DNA from: an uncultured Bacillales bacterium
Lineage (GTDB): Bacteria > Bacillota_I > Bacilli_A > RFN20 > CAG-826
Length of the DNA: 64,000 nt
Assembly: GCA_903845135.1 (NCBI GenBank)
Contig: CAIMWL010000002.1
Location: 2,792-66,791, forward strand
Direction of reading: 5' to 3'
Shown here: one piece after another, positions 8,676 through 18,255 of the stretch
Layout: each line of letters opens with the position of its first letter
Numbering within the stretch: the stretch's first letter is position 1
Translations under genes and position numbers: made by a program
The notes under the pieces: generated by a model
Told to the model about the DNA's origin: nothing
What the model saw: the letters and a program-made list of their open reading frames with translations, nothing else
Databases searched by the model: none

Positions 8676-10277
8676 TTACTTAATAATAAGACTTTTTTCA
8701 GTCATTTCAATAGGTTTTTCTATTCCTAGTAAATCTAGGATTGTCGGCGCTAAGTTACCTAACTTGCCACCTTTAGGCATTAAACGAAGCCCAGGTATGT
8801 TGATACAAACAGGCACCAAATTAGTGGTGTGAGCGGTATGTGGCTTGCCATCATCCGTTAAAATTTGATCGGCATTACCATGGTCTGCGGTGACAATGAG
8901 TTTACCACCATTTTTATCACACCAATCAATAATAGATCCAACACATTCATCAACGACTTCAACTGATTTAACAACTGCTTTTTCCACGGCAGTATGTCCC
9001 ACCATATCGCAATTTGCATAATTGATGATAACGACATCAAGATCGCCTTTATTTAGCTCTTTAATTAATGCATCACGAACTTGGTAGGCACTCATTTCCG
9101 GTTGGAGATCATACGTTGCAACCTTGGGGGAGTTAATCAACACTCTTCTTGATTTAGGTAATTCAGGTTTTTCTACACCATCGTAATTAATGGTGCCGTC
9201 AAAAAAGAAAGTTACATGAGGATACTTTTCTGTTTCAGCGATTCTTAATTGGGATAGACCATGTTTCGCTAACCAAGGACCGAGTGTATTGTCTAAATTT
9301 GGCAATTTAAAGGCAATGTCACCCTTTACAGAATCGGCGTATTTCATCGTTTGAACTAACATAATATTTTGAAGGATTTTATTGGGCTGATAGGCTATCC
9401 AAGCTGGTTTACCATCTTTAATGGGGGGGTTGGCATAAAAATTTGGATTGGTTAAGAGCGTGCAAAATTGAATGGCGCGGTCAGGTCTAAAGTTCATGAA
9501 AATGACTGCATCTCCATCTTCAATCTTTCCTTGAACGTTTTCTGCAAAGGCAGGAATTAAAAATTCATCACTGGGATCTTTTCCTTCCTTTGGTAAATTT
9601 ACATATTGTTCTTTAAAATATTGCCGATAATCTTTAAAACTAAGACCGCGACGTTCCACCATCACATCGTAAGCCTTTGCCACTCGATTTAAGTTTTTAT
9701 CACGATCCATGGCATAATATCGACCGCCAATTGATGCAAGTTGACCGGTTTTGTATTCGTTCATGGTTGCAACAAGTGTGTGGATATAACTTTCACCAAG
9801 CTGAGGCGCAACATCACGACCATCCATCAATGCATGGAAAAAAACCTGACGAACTTCTTGTTTTGCTGCCATTTTAATGATGGCTTGAAGGTGAGATAAA
9901 TGGGAATGAACTCCACCATCGGAAACTAATCCGATAATGTGTAATTTTTTGTTTTTGGACTTTGCATATTGCATGGCTGCCAAATACTTTGAATTTTGGA
10001 AAAAAGTTCCATCTTTAATTGCTTGATCAATTAAGGTTAAGGACTGGTAAACGATTCGACCAGCACCGATATTGAGATGGCCAACTTCAGAGTTACCCAT
10101 TTGACCTTCTGGTAAACCAACATCCAAACCTGACGCTTGAATTTGTGTGTATGGATACTTTGAAAAATACCGATCTAAATTGGGTTTCTTTGCTTTCGCA
10201 ATCGCATTGCCGTAGGTTTCTTTACGAATACCATAACCATCCATGATGACTAGAATTACAGGTTTTTTCATATTCAA
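8676..10277 (-). CDS. gpmI: 2,3-bisphosphoglycerate-independent phosphoglycerate mutase
   Basis: 533 aa. N-terminus KKPVILVIMDGYGI and internal SDGGVHSH match iPGM signatures. Confidence 0.9.
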   Translation of the reverse strand: MNMKKPVILVIMDGYGIRKETYGNAIAKAKKPNLDRYFSKYPYTQIQASGLDVGLPEGQMGNSEVGHLNIGAGRIVYQSLTLIDQAIKDGTFFQNSKYLAAMQYAKSKNKKLHIIGLVSDGGVHSHLSHLQAIIKMAAKQEVRQVFFHALMDGRDVAPQLGESYIHTLVATMNEYKTGQLASIGGRYYAMDRDKNLNRVAKAYDVMVERRGLSFKDYRQYFKEQYVNLPKEGKDPSDEFLIPAFAENVQGKIEDGDAVIFMNFRPDRAIQFCTLLTNPNFYANPPIKDGKPAWIAYQPNKILQNIMLVQTMKYADSVKGDIAFKLPNLDNTLGPWLAKHGLSQLRIAETEKYPHVTFFFDGTINYDGVEKPELPKSRRVLINSPKVATYDLQPEMSAYQVRDALIKELNKGDLDVVIINYANCDMVGHTAVEKAVVKSVEVVDECVGSIIDWCDKNGGKLIVTADHGNADQILTDDGKPHTAHTTNLVPVCINIPGLRLMPKGGKLGNLAPTILDLLGIEKPIEMTEKSLIIK

Positions 10278-10286
10278 TTCCTCTTT

Positions 10287-10814
10287 TTATGAAATTAATT
10301 CTTTAATTTGATGTCTAAATAAGATTGAAACCCAACGAAACAAAGCAAAATTCTGCCACCAGTTATAGTTGGTTGCCAGGGCATTATAGATGGCAACTTG
10401 TTTTCGAAACAATTCATCGACTTCCGCTAGTGATTTTTTTAGAGAAACGTACTCTGGGTTAACAGATAAAGCTTGATTTTGTTCACCATAATAAAAAAGC
10501 GCTTGAGCAGTTTGAACCAAAAAGCTTTTAACGATCGTTCTTTCAGTATCTTTAATATTTTGAAGTGTATCCTCAAAACGTGGTCTTTTAGAAAGAATAA
10601 ATTCTTGAGGAACATCAATTTGGTGGCGTACGAATAATTTACCAATCATTCTTAATAAATCGTATTTTTGAGCTGTAAGCACATCAATTGCGTCTTTTCT
10701 TTTCGAAAGTTGTAGGTAAAAACTTCTCATTTGAAAAGAAAAAAATATCGATAAAAGAATGTATATTCCAAGGATTACAATCGCTACTAGGACGAGAATT
10801 TCTAGGGATTCCAT
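10287..10814 (-). CDS. LemA-family membrane protein (tentative)
   Basis: 175 aa with a single N-terminal TM segment. The C-terminal AIYNALATNYNWWQNFALF resembles the LemA FYNxxVxxYNxxIxxFP region. Confidence 0.45.
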   Translation of the reverse strand: MESLEILVLVAIVILGIYILLSIFFSFQMRSFYLQLSKRKDAIDVLTAQKYDLLRMIGKLFVRHQIDVPQEFILSKRPRFEDTLQNIKDTERTIVKSFLVQTAQALFYYGEQNQALSVNPEYVSLKKSLAEVDELFRKQVAIYNALATNYNWWQNFALFRWVSILFRHQIKELIS

Positions 10815-10947
10815 TACGCCAAAATTATAACATAAAGCGCTTTTATGAGCTCATAACCCTATGAATTAAAAATGAACATTACCTTAATAAATATGGATTA
10901 TTGGGCAATTTAAACTCTTTTTTAACGCATTATGCTAAAATATCAGT

Positions 10948-11772
10948 ATGAAAAAACCAATTATTGGAATCATTTATGACTTTGATCGAACTTTAGCAAT
11001 CGAAGATCTTCAAAATTTTAGTTTTATCCCCTCTTTAGGGATGAAAACTGAGGAATTTTGGGAAAAAACTAACCAAAATTCAATTCAATCGGGCATGGAA
11101 AAAATTCTCTCTTATATGTACATGATGATAGAGGAAAGTAAAAAAAGAGGCATCAAATTAACGAAAGAATATTTGTATTCACTAGGGGCATCTGTTAGAT
11201 TTTTTCCAGGATTAGAAACTTGGTTTAAGCGGATTAGACTCTTTGCAGAAAACCAAGGAGTAGAAGTTGAGCATTATATTATTACCTCGGGGACTAAAGA
11301 AATTATCGAGGGCACCAAAATTGCCAAGGAATTTACGAAAATATTTGGTTGTGAATTCTTATTTTCTCAAGAAACCAAAGAAGCAATTTGGCCCAAAATT
11401 GCGATCAATTATACGATGAAAACCCAATACTTCTTTAGAATTGCCAAAGGCATTTTAAATCAATCTGAAGATGATAAAGTGAATGAAAGAACCAAAGAAA
11501 AAAGAATTAAATACCGAAATCTTATCTACATCGGAGATGGTTTAACGGATGTCCCAGCAATGTTAATGGCCAAAGAACATGGTGGCAAATCCATCGCCGT
11601 CTATTCAAAAGGTCATGTTGAAAAAGCCAAAACGTTAATTCAAGATGAGCGTGTCAATTTTGTCTGTGAAGCCGATTATTCTGCAAATTCTTTATTAGAA
11701 AAAGTTGTGAAACTTAATATTCAACAAATGGCAATTAGTGAATTACTTGCATTAAAGGAAGTTAAAAAATAA
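10948..11772 (+). CDS. HAD-superfamily hydrolase/phosphatase
   Basis: Motif I IYDFDRTL (DxDxT) and motif IV IGDGLTDV. An extended -10 TGCTAAAAT lies at 10927-10935. There is no Shine-Dalgarno sequence, so the mRNA is near-leaderless. Confidence 0.6.
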   Translation: MKKPIIGIIYDFDRTLAIEDLQNFSFIPSLGMKTEEFWEKTNQNSIQSGMEKILSYMYMMIEESKKRGIKLTKEYLYSLGASVRFFPGLETWFKRIRLFAENQGVEVEHYIITSGTKEIIEGTKIAKEFTKIFGCEFLFSQETKEAIWPKIAINYTMKTQYFFRIAKGILNQSEDDKVNERTKEKRIKYRNLIYIGDGLTDVPAMLMAKEHGGKSIAVYSKGHVEKAKTLIQDERVNFVCEADYSANSLLEKVVKLNIQQMAISELLALKEVKK

Positions 11773-12455
11773 TGGTCATTGGTATTTTATTGGCTGCTGG
11801 AGAAAGTTTACGTCTTAAATCAAGAGTGACACCGAAACAATTTTTAAAACTAGGCAAAAAGAAACTTTATCAATTTTCACTTGATACTTTTGTAAAACAC
11901 AAAAAAGTGGATCAAGTCGTCTTAGTGGTGAATGATCAATTTATCACGCAAGTACAAGACGAGGTTAAATCTTATGCTAAACTCAAAACGATTCATGTGA
12001 TTGCTGGGGGTAAAACCAGACAGGAATCATCTTATTTAGCATTACAATATGCTAAATTCCATATTAAACCAGATTTTGTCTTAATTCATGACGTAGCAAG
12101 GCCCATGATTAGTGAGTTATTGATTGATACCCTCATTGCTAAATTAAAGCATTATCCGGCGATGACACTTGCCAGACAAATTAATGATTCCTTGTTCGTG
12201 GTGGACGATAAGGCCACATTAAACAATTATCTTGGAAAGAATGATATTTATTTATCGCAAACGCCGCAAGCATTTGAATTTGAAACCATCTTCGATGCCC
12301 ATGAGTATGCCCGTAAGCTAAAAATCAAAACAGCGATTGATGATGCGAGTTTATTATTTTTAATGGGTAAAAAAGTCCATGTCGTGACCGGAAGTCGGCT
12401 CAACTTTAAAGTCGTCAGTGAAGATGACCTATTACTTTTAGAAAAGTTGATTTAA
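11772..12455 (+). CDS. IspD/TarI-family cytidylyltransferase (MEP cytidylyltransferase or CDP-ribitol/CDP-alcohol synthase)
   Basis: ILLAAGESLRL (nucleotide-binding loop), IHDVARPMI, QTPQAF and DDASLL align with E. coli IspD. The TAATG sequence overlaps the HAD gene stop. Confidence 0.7.
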   Translation: MVIGILLAAGESLRLKSRVTPKQFLKLGKKKLYQFSLDTFVKHKKVDQVVLVVNDQFITQVQDEVKSYAKLKTIHVIAGGKTRQESSYLALQYAKFHIKPDFVLIHDVARPMISELLIDTLIAKLKHYPAMTLARQINDSLFVVDDKATLNNYLGKNDIYLSQTPQAFEFETIFDAHEYARKLKIKTAIDDASLLFLMGKKVHVVTGSRLNFKVVSEDDLLLLEKLI

Positions 12456-12457
12456 TC

Positions 12458-12832
12458 ATGAATCAAAGTAGTTATCAAATTGACGAAATTATCGTTGGCA
12501 AAGTAATTGATATTCAACCTTACGGGGCATTTATCGGTTTTCCGAATGGGCAAAAAGGCTTAATTCATATCTCAGAAATTTCCGATGATTATGTAAAAAG
12601 AATTGAAAGCTTTTTAATTGTTGGGGAATATGTGAGAGTCAAAGTCTTAGCGGTTGATCCGGTAACCCACCACTTAAAATTATCGATTAAACGTTTGATT
12701 AAGAAAGATGAATTAGTTGATAAAGCTCATCCTTTTTGGTTTAAAGTTCCTCCACATGAAATTGATTTTACCCCCTTAAAAACCATGCTGCCAACTTGGA
12801 TTGCGCAACAAAAAAAGAAATTGGAGGACTAG
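12458..12832 (+). CDS. S1 RNA-binding domain protein (YugI/GSP13-like)
   Basis: 124 aa. The S1 fold signature reads VGKVIDIQPYGAFIGFPNGQKGLIHISEISDDYVK. Confidence 0.65.
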   Translation: MNQSSYQIDEIIVGKVIDIQPYGAFIGFPNGQKGLIHISEISDDYVKRIESFLIVGEYVRVKVLAVDPVTHHLKLSIKRLIKKDELVDKAHPFWFKVPPHEIDFTPLKTMLPTWIAQQKKKLED

Positions 12833-12835
12833 CAT

Positions 12836-14119
12836 ATGCTGGCACTTAACTTAACGCACACGAAATTGAAAGGTTCATTAAAGGATTATCAAGATCGGAT
12901 TAATCGAATCACCGATTTAATTGCCACCAAAAAAGGACCTGGTGGAGACTTTTTAGGTTGGGATCAATGGCCGAAGCAATTTGATAAAGAGGAATTTTCC
13001 TTAATCCAAAAGACCGCTAAATATATTCGGGATAATTTTCAAGTTTTAGTCGTGTGTGGCATCGGTGGCTCCTATTTGGGTGCCAGAGCCGTAATTGATG
13101 CGATTCAAGGATTAATGCCGAATAAAGACAAATCATTAGAAGTGATATATTTGGGGCAAACTTTTTCTCCAACATATACCCAGCAAGTTTTAAATTATTT
13201 AGCGACAAAAACCTTTGCGATTAATGTGATTTCAAAATCAGGAACGACCACTGAAACGTCGATTGCGTTTAGACTATTAAAAGATTTATTAGAAAAAAAA
13301 GTTGGTGTTACCGAGGCAAGAAAAGCAATTTTCGCCACCACTGATAAAGAAAAAGGGGCGCTAAGGGCACTAGTTAAACAAGAAGGATATGTTAGCTTTA
13401 ATTTACCAGATGATATCGGTGGCCGATATTCTGTGCTTACCGCAGTTGGCTTACTACCAATCGCCGCATCCGGCATTGATATTGTGGCCTTGATGGCTGG
13501 TGCAAAAGAGGCAATGGTACTTTATAGCAATAGTCAAATTGAGGCAAATCCAGCTATCCAATATGCCATTGCTCGCCACCAACTCTATCAAGATAAAGCC
13601 GTGGAAATGTTTGTAACGTATGAACCGCAATTTGCGATGATTGCAGAATGGTTAAAACAACTTTTTGCCGAATCCGAAGGTAAGGAAAATAAAGGGCTCT
13701 TACCTGGGTCAGTCTCATTTAGCACTGATTTACATAGTGTCGGGCAATTTATTCAAGATGGATCCCCAATTTTATTTGAAACCGTGCTTTATGTTAAAAA
13801 ACCAACCTACGATTTAACCGTGCCACTAAGCGTGAATGATGCAGATGGTTTAAATTATTTAGCAGGTCGGCCTTTATCATTCGTCAATGAAAAAGCATAT
13901 TTAGGTACGCTTCAAGCCCACGTAGAAGAAGGTCAGGTACCGGTCATTCTAATTACGCTTGATCAAATGGATGCTCATCATCTTGGGCATTTGCTCTACT
14001 TCTTTATGAAAACCGTAGCTTATTCTGGTTATCTATTAGGTATCAATCCATTTAACCAACCAGGGGTGGAAATTTACAAACGAAATATGTTCAAATTGCT
14101 CGGCAAAAAAGGTTATTAA
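12836..14119 (+). CDS. pgi: Glucose-6-phosphate isomerase
   Basis: 427 aa, the short Firmicutes type. SIS-domain motifs VCGIGGSYLGARAV and ISKSGTTTET are present. Confidence 0.9.
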   Translation: MLALNLTHTKLKGSLKDYQDRINRITDLIATKKGPGGDFLGWDQWPKQFDKEEFSLIQKTAKYIRDNFQVLVVCGIGGSYLGARAVIDAIQGLMPNKDKSLEVIYLGQTFSPTYTQQVLNYLATKTFAINVISKSGTTTETSIAFRLLKDLLEKKVGVTEARKAIFATTDKEKGALRALVKQEGYVSFNLPDDIGGRYSVLTAVGLLPIAASGIDIVALMAGAKEAMVLYSNSQIEANPAIQYAIARHQLYQDKAVEMFVTYEPQFAMIAEWLKQLFAESEGKENKGLLPGSVSFSTDLHSVGQFIQDGSPILFETVLYVKKPTYDLTVPLSVNDADGLNYLAGRPLSFVNEKAYLGTLQAHVEEGQVPVILITLDQMDAHHLGHLLYFFMKTVAYSGYLLGINPFNQPGVEIYKRNMFKLLGKKGY

Positions 14120-14146
14120 GTCCTAGACTTTTCTAGGTTAATTCAT

Positions 14147-14175
14147 TGACTAAAAAAACGCCTTTTGATATATTA
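14147..14175 (+). promoter_or_regulatory. tRNA operon promoter
   Basis: TTGACT (14147-14152), a 17-nt spacer, then TATATT (14170-14175). It sits about 22 nt upstream of tRNA-Val. Confidence 0.45.
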
Positions 14176-14197
14176 AGTAAGCACGCGTAGGCCCAAG

Positions 14198-14273
14198 GGA
14201 TGTTTAGCTCAGTTGGGAGAGCATCGCCTTTACACGGCGGAGGTCGGGGGTTCGAACCCCTCAACATCCACCA
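14198..14273 (+). tRNA. tRNA-Val(TAC), CCA encoded
   Basis: Manual cloverleaf. Acceptor GGATGTT/AACATCC, D-arm GCTC-AGTTGGGA-GAGC, anticodon loop TTTACAC, T-arm GGGGG-TTCGAAC-CCCTC. Length 76 nt. Confidence 0.9.
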
Positions 14274-14299
14274 TGTTCTACCAGTGTGAGCACACCGAT

Positions 14300-14383
14300 G
14301 GAGGCTTAGCGAAGCGGCCAAACGCAGCTGACTGTAAATCAGTTCCCTCGGGTTCGGTGGTTCGAATCCACCAGCCTCCACCA
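14300..14383 (+). tRNA. tRNA-Tyr(GTA), long variable arm, CCA encoded
   Basis: Acceptor GGAGGCT/AGCCTCC, anticodon loop CTGTAAA, T-loop TTCGAAT. Length 84 nt. Confidence 0.9.
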
Positions 14384-14392
14384 TTCGTTGTT

Positions 14393-14467
14393 TGGGGTAT
14401 AGCCAAGTGGTAAGGCAATAGACTTTGACTCTATCATTCCCTGGTTCGATCCCAGGTACCCCAGCCA
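14393..14467 (+). tRNA. tRNA-Gln(TTG), CCA encoded
   Basis: Acceptor TGGGGTA/TACCCCA with a U1-A72 pair as in bacterial tRNA-Gln. The D-stem is 3 bp. Anticodon loop CTTTGAC, T-loop TTCGATC. Length 75 nt. Confidence 0.9.
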
Positions 14468-14472
14468 AAAGA

Positions 14473-14549
14473 CTCCCGCTAGCTCAGTCGGTTAGAGCAC
14501 TTGCCTTTTAAGCAAGGGGTCGAAGGTTCAATTCCTTCGCGGGAGACCA
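14473..14549 (+). tRNA. tRNA-Lys(TTT), CCA encoded
   Basis: Acceptor CTCCCGC/GCGGGAG, anticodon loop CTTTTAA, T-loop TTCAATT. Length 77 nt. Confidence 0.85.
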
Positions 14550-14555
14550 TGCCTT

Positions 14556-14642
14556 GCCCAGGTGGCGAAATTGGTAGACGCACAGGACTTAAAATCCTGC
14601 GGTGGCGACACCATGACGGTTCAAGTCCGTCCCCGGGCACCA
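14556..14642 (+). tRNA. tRNA-Leu(TAA), long variable arm, CCA encoded
   Basis: Acceptor GCCCAGG/CCCGGGC with one A5:C68 mismatch. The D-loop contains AATTGGTAGA. Anticodon loop CTTAAAA, T-loop TTCAAGT. Length 87 nt. Confidence 0.8.
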
Positions 14643-14644
14643 AA

Positions 14645-14670
14645 CCATCGTTGAAGACGATGGTTTTTTT
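14645..14670 (+). terminator. Rho-independent terminator of the tRNA operon
   Basis: Hairpin CCATCGT-TGAAGA-CGATGG followed by TTTTTTT. Confidence 0.75.
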
Positions 14671-14722
14671 ATTGGTAGTCTTATTGATTGCTACGGAGTA
14701 AAATAATCGATATCATATTCAC

Positions 14723-14989
14723 ATGACTATTGAACAACAAATTGAAGAAGCATTAGATAAAGTTCGCCCCTTCATCATTCGCGATGGTGGCAATGTTGAA
14801 TTTGATTCCTTTATTGATGGCATTGTTTATTTAAGAATGGAGGGTGCCTGTTCTTCTTGTGGTCTTATCGACTCTACTTTATCAGGTGGATTAGAAGTGA
14901 TTTTGATGGAAGAGGTTCCTGGTATTCTCGCGGTTAAGTTAGCAAGCGAAAAACCCCAAGGCCTTCCCATTCATTTGCAAACAAAGTAA
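14723..14989 (+). CDS. NifU-like Fe-S cluster assembly/carrier protein (Nfu/YutI type)
   Basis: 88 aa with the conserved motif GACSSCGL. A -10-like TATCAT ends 7 nt before the ATG and there is no SD, so the mRNA is probably leaderless. Confidence 0.7.
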   Translation: MTIEQQIEEALDKVRPFIIRDGGNVEFDSFIDGIVYLRMEGACSSCGLIDSTLSGGLEVILMEEVPGILAVKLASEKPQGLPIHLQTK

Positions 14990-14998
14990 AAACGTTTA

Positions 14999-16507
14999 TT
15001 AATTGTAATCAATCGCCCGGATGGTACCTTCATATTGCCACCGGGTTTTTAATTGCTCACGAATAAATTGATGGGTATTGAGCGCTGAGGAAAGGTCGTG
15101 AGGATATTGAGACGATTCTAAATGTTTTTCTGTTAAATAATTAATAGAAATGATCCAATAGTTTTGGGTGTTGACTGGTGCTAAATTAGGAATGGTTCGT
15201 TTATATAGACTTTCAGACAACCACCAAGACAATTGCTCACCAGTGACTTGGACAATCATTAATTCATTATCAAAGGGAAAGGCTTTATATAATTCGCCAT
15301 AGGTAACAGCCCCATCATCAATACTGGCTCGGACACCACCGGTATTATGAAAACTTGCAACAACCTCCGGTTTTACCGAATGGCCATATTCCAGCATTTC
15401 TTCAACAGCAAGTTGGCCAAGATTATTCCGTGAGAAAGCCCCTTCAGCAATCCCGATTTCTTCATTCTTTATCGCATTAATTTCATTGGTTAAATAGGCG
15501 TCATATATCGCTTTCATTTCAGGATCTTCAGTGGGAAATCGATTTTGACTTACCAAGTTATCATACGTATAAACACCTGATTGGTTTTGGGAAAAACTCG
15601 GAACCATATTCACGGTGTTAAAGACAAATCGCATATGACTAATCGCTTGACCATAAGCTTGACCTTGATACACGGGTTTACCATCAATGTGAAACACTTC
15701 TCGGCGATGCGTATGGCCATTAAAAACGCCATCAATATAGGGCATCACGCCAGACTCAACATTGCCATCATGATTCAGTAAAATAATTAAATCAGCACCC
15801 AATTCTCTCAATCGTTCACTTTCTTCTTGAACTAGGTTCGTGTACGGAACAAACTCATAATTCATCACTGCACTCGTTAGAATCGTGCTTTCTAAAGAAG
15901 CACCAATCGTACCAATAATACCAATTTGAATGCCACTTCTCTCAATCAGAATCGAGGCATCGGCAAAACTGGCCCGTTGCTGAGTTTGTTTTTCGAAGAT
16001 ATTAATCCCTAATAAAGGAAAGTTTGAACGCAATTGATTTTGAATTATGTAACTGTCAGTCCAATCAAATTCATGATTACCTATCGCCATCGCAGAAAAC
16101 TGAAGATGATTCATCGCATCTACCACCAGTCGACCACGCGTAATATTACTATCAGCACTGCCTTGCCACATATCTCCACTGGATAAAAAAATACTATTGG
16201 GATTAGAAGCAAGTTGAGTTTTAAAATAATTAGATAAACGATTAATTCCTATTTCTTTGTTACTGGGATTATGTTCGACTGCCCCATGAAAATCATTCAA
16301 GTTATAAATATCTATTGTGATAATCGGACTTGAACTTGCAGAAATAGAGGTTAAGAGAGTACTACTTTCAATTGATCCATTAGAAATATCTAATTCGCTG
16401 GATGGAAAAGAAGTGATTGTGGAAGATGAATCTAAAAAAGATGGAAATTGACCGGTGCAACTTACCAGCGTAAAAAATACCACGATTGCATGAACTTTAA
16501 ATTTCAT
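14999..16507 (-). CDS. Surface 5'-nucleotidase / metallophosphoesterase lipoprotein
   Basis: N-terminus MKFKVHAIVVFFTLVSCTG has lipobox LVSC followed by an S-rich tether. Calcineurin-like motifs NDFHG, GNHEFD, NHDGN and GHTHRRE precede a C-terminal 5'-nucleotidase-type domain. Confidence 0.75.
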   Translation of the reverse strand: MKFKVHAIVVFFTLVSCTGQFPSFLDSSSTITSFPSSELDISNGSIESSTLLTSISASSSPIITIDIYNLNDFHGAVEHNPSNKEIGINRLSNYFKTQLASNPNSIFLSSGDMWQGSADSNITRGRLVVDAMNHLQFSAMAIGNHEFDWTDSYIIQNQLRSNFPLLGINIFEKQTQQRASFADASILIERSGIQIGIIGTIGASLESTILTSAVMNYEFVPYTNLVQEESERLRELGADLIILLNHDGNVESGVMPYIDGVFNGHTHRREVFHIDGKPVYQGQAYGQAISHMRFVFNTVNMVPSFSQNQSGVYTYDNLVSQNRFPTEDPEMKAIYDAYLTNEINAIKNEEIGIAEGAFSRNNLGQLAVEEMLEYGHSVKPEVVASFHNTGGVRASIDDGAVTYGELYKAFPFDNELMIVQVTGEQLSWWLSESLYKRTIPNLAPVNTQNYWIISINYLTEKHLESSQYPHDLSSALNTHQFIREQLKTRWQYEGTIRAIDYN

Positions 16508-17286
16508 AAATATAAATTTTCCAATCGATTAAGAATGATGTAACCGTCAAGATTGCGAACATCTTTTCGATTATAAGTGTAAATTTCTTGGTTAGGTTTC
16601 ACAAAAAAACCCCCAGCCTCCGTGACAATTAAATCGGAAGCAGCGGTATCCCATTCTTTGGTTCCTGGAGACAAACGATATGAAACCTCCGCCAAGCCTT
16701 CAGCGATTCGACAGGCTTTGATGGCACTTCCAAAGGTTTCTACTTTTGAAAATTTACCAAGAACTTGGTACTTTTCAATGAGTGATTTTTCTATGGGTTG
16801 TAAATGAAATCGGGAAGTTAAAACAGTAAGTTTCTCGGTTTTTTGATTGACAAATATTCGTTGATCTTTACCGTGGATGCGATGAAAACTACCTGCTTCT
16901 TTTAAAGCAAAATAAGTATCCTGTTTCGCGGGTATGTGAATTAATCCCATGATTACTTTTTGTTGATGAACTAAGGCAATATTGATCGTAAATTCATCGT
17001 TTTTTGCAATAAAATCTTTCGTCCCATCAATCGGATCAACCACCCAAACATAGTCTTTTTTTAACCGTGATAAATCATCGGATGATTCTTCGGTAAGAAA
17101 ACCAAAAGCTGGATATTTTGCTTGAAGGTATTGGCGAATGATTGCATCCGCTTTTTGATCCGCAATTGTTACGGGAGAATCATCTATTTTATTTTCAAAA
17201 GTAAAATTAGTTTGATAAATCGAAAGGATCTCTTTTGAAGCCCGTAATGCTGCTTGGTAAGCATCTTCTACAAAACGTTTTACCAT
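16504..17286 (-). CDS. suhB: Inositol monophosphatase family protein (SuhB/CysQ-like)
   Basis: Motifs WVVDPIDGT and WDTAA. 260 aa. Confidence 0.7.
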   Translation of the reverse strand: MVKRFVEDAYQAALRASKEILSIYQTNFTFENKIDDSPVTIADQKADAIIRQYLQAKYPAFGFLTEESSDDLSRLKKDYVWVVDPIDGTKDFIAKNDEFTINIALVHQQKVIMGLIHIPAKQDTYFALKEAGSFHRIHGKDQRIFVNQKTEKLTVLTSRFHLQPIEKSLIEKYQVLGKFSKVETFGSAIKACRIAEGLAEVSYRLSPGTKEWDTAASDLIVTEAGGFFVKPNQEIYTYNRKDVRNLDGYIILNRLENLYL

Positions 17287-17315
17287 GTTTTTATTTTATC
17301 CTAATCCTTGACGTT

Positions 17316-17352
17316 GAGAAATAAAAAACCCATTCACTGTCGAATGGGTTTA
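17316..17352 (-). terminator. Rho-independent terminator after fba
   Basis: Minus strand reads AAACCCATTC-GACAGT-GAATGGGTTT followed by TTTTTATTTC. Confidence 0.6.
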
Positions 17353-17364
17353 ATGAAGATAGGA

Positions 17365-18228
17365 TTAGGCAGCTTTACCAATACAGCCAAAGACTTCATA
17401 TTTGGCTTTCACAACTTTGCGAATTCCTTCTTTTCCTGGCCCAATAATTTTTCTTGGGTCATAAACTTTGGGATCCTTGGCTAAGACTTCACGAACAATC
17501 TTCGTCCATTCCATTTGATTTTCAGTATTGACGTTGATTTTGGCAGTGCCACGTTCGATGGCCATTCTTAATTGAAAGTCAGGAATGCCTGAACCACCAT
17601 GTAAAACTAAAGGCATATTGGTTAATTTATGAATTTCTGCCATTTCCTTGAAACCTAATTTTGGTTCACCTTCATAAGGACCATGGACGGAACCTAGCGC
17701 TGGAGCAAGGCAATCGATGCCTGTTTCTTTAACCAATTTGACGCATTCAGCAGGAATCGCATAATAAGTTTCGGCAACAACATGGTCTTCTTGACCACCA
17801 ACGCGACCTAATTCCGCTTCAACAGAAACTAAAGGAGTTTTACTATGGGCATACTTCACGACTTCTTTAGTCATTTTAATATTTTCTTCTAATGGATGAT
17901 GTGAGGCATCAATCATCACGGAAGTAAAACCAGCATCGATTGCTTGCTTGCAAATTTCAACGGTTTCACCATGATCTAAATGCACCGCAATCGGTATGGT
18001 GTATTTCTTATCTTTGAGTAATCCATTCACCATGCCCATGACGGTGTTAAATCCGCCCATGTATTTTGCAGCACCACTTGAAACCCCAAGGATAACTGGG
18101 GCTTTAAGCGCTTGGCATTCATCCAAAATGGCAAGGGTCCATTCTAGGTTATTAATATTAAATTGCGCCACGGCATACTTTTCTTTGTAAGCTCTGATGA
18201 GCATTTCTTTCATACTGACTAGTGGCAT
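17365..18228 (-). CDS. fba: Fructose-bisphosphate aldolase, class II
   Basis: 287 aa. The N-terminus [30 protein letters not shown] is typical of Firmicutes Fba, and the HLDHG zinc site is present. Confidence 0.9.
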   Translation of the reverse strand: MPLVSMKEMLIRAYKEKYAVAQFNINNLEWTLAILDECQALKAPVILGVSSGAAKYMGGFNTVMGMVNGLLKDKKYTIPIAVHLDHGETVEICKQAIDAGFTSVMIDASHHPLEENIKMTKEVVKYAHSKTPLVSVEAELGRVGGQEDHVVAETYYAIPAECVKLVKETGIDCLAPALGSVHGPYEGEPKLGFKEMAEIHKLTNMPLVLHGGSGIPDFQLRMAIERGTAKINVNTENQMEWTKIVREVLAKDPKVYDPRKIIGPGKEGIRKVVKAKYEVFGCIGKAA

Positions 18229-18255
18229 ACGTTTTTCCTTCTTTCTTTTTAATTT

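Noticed and set aside
14133-14701. Three 66-111-aa ORFs (14133-14468 minus, 14213-14413 plus, 14501-14701 plus)
   Set aside because: They overlap the five tRNA genes. GC-rich tRNA sequence gives open frames by chance.
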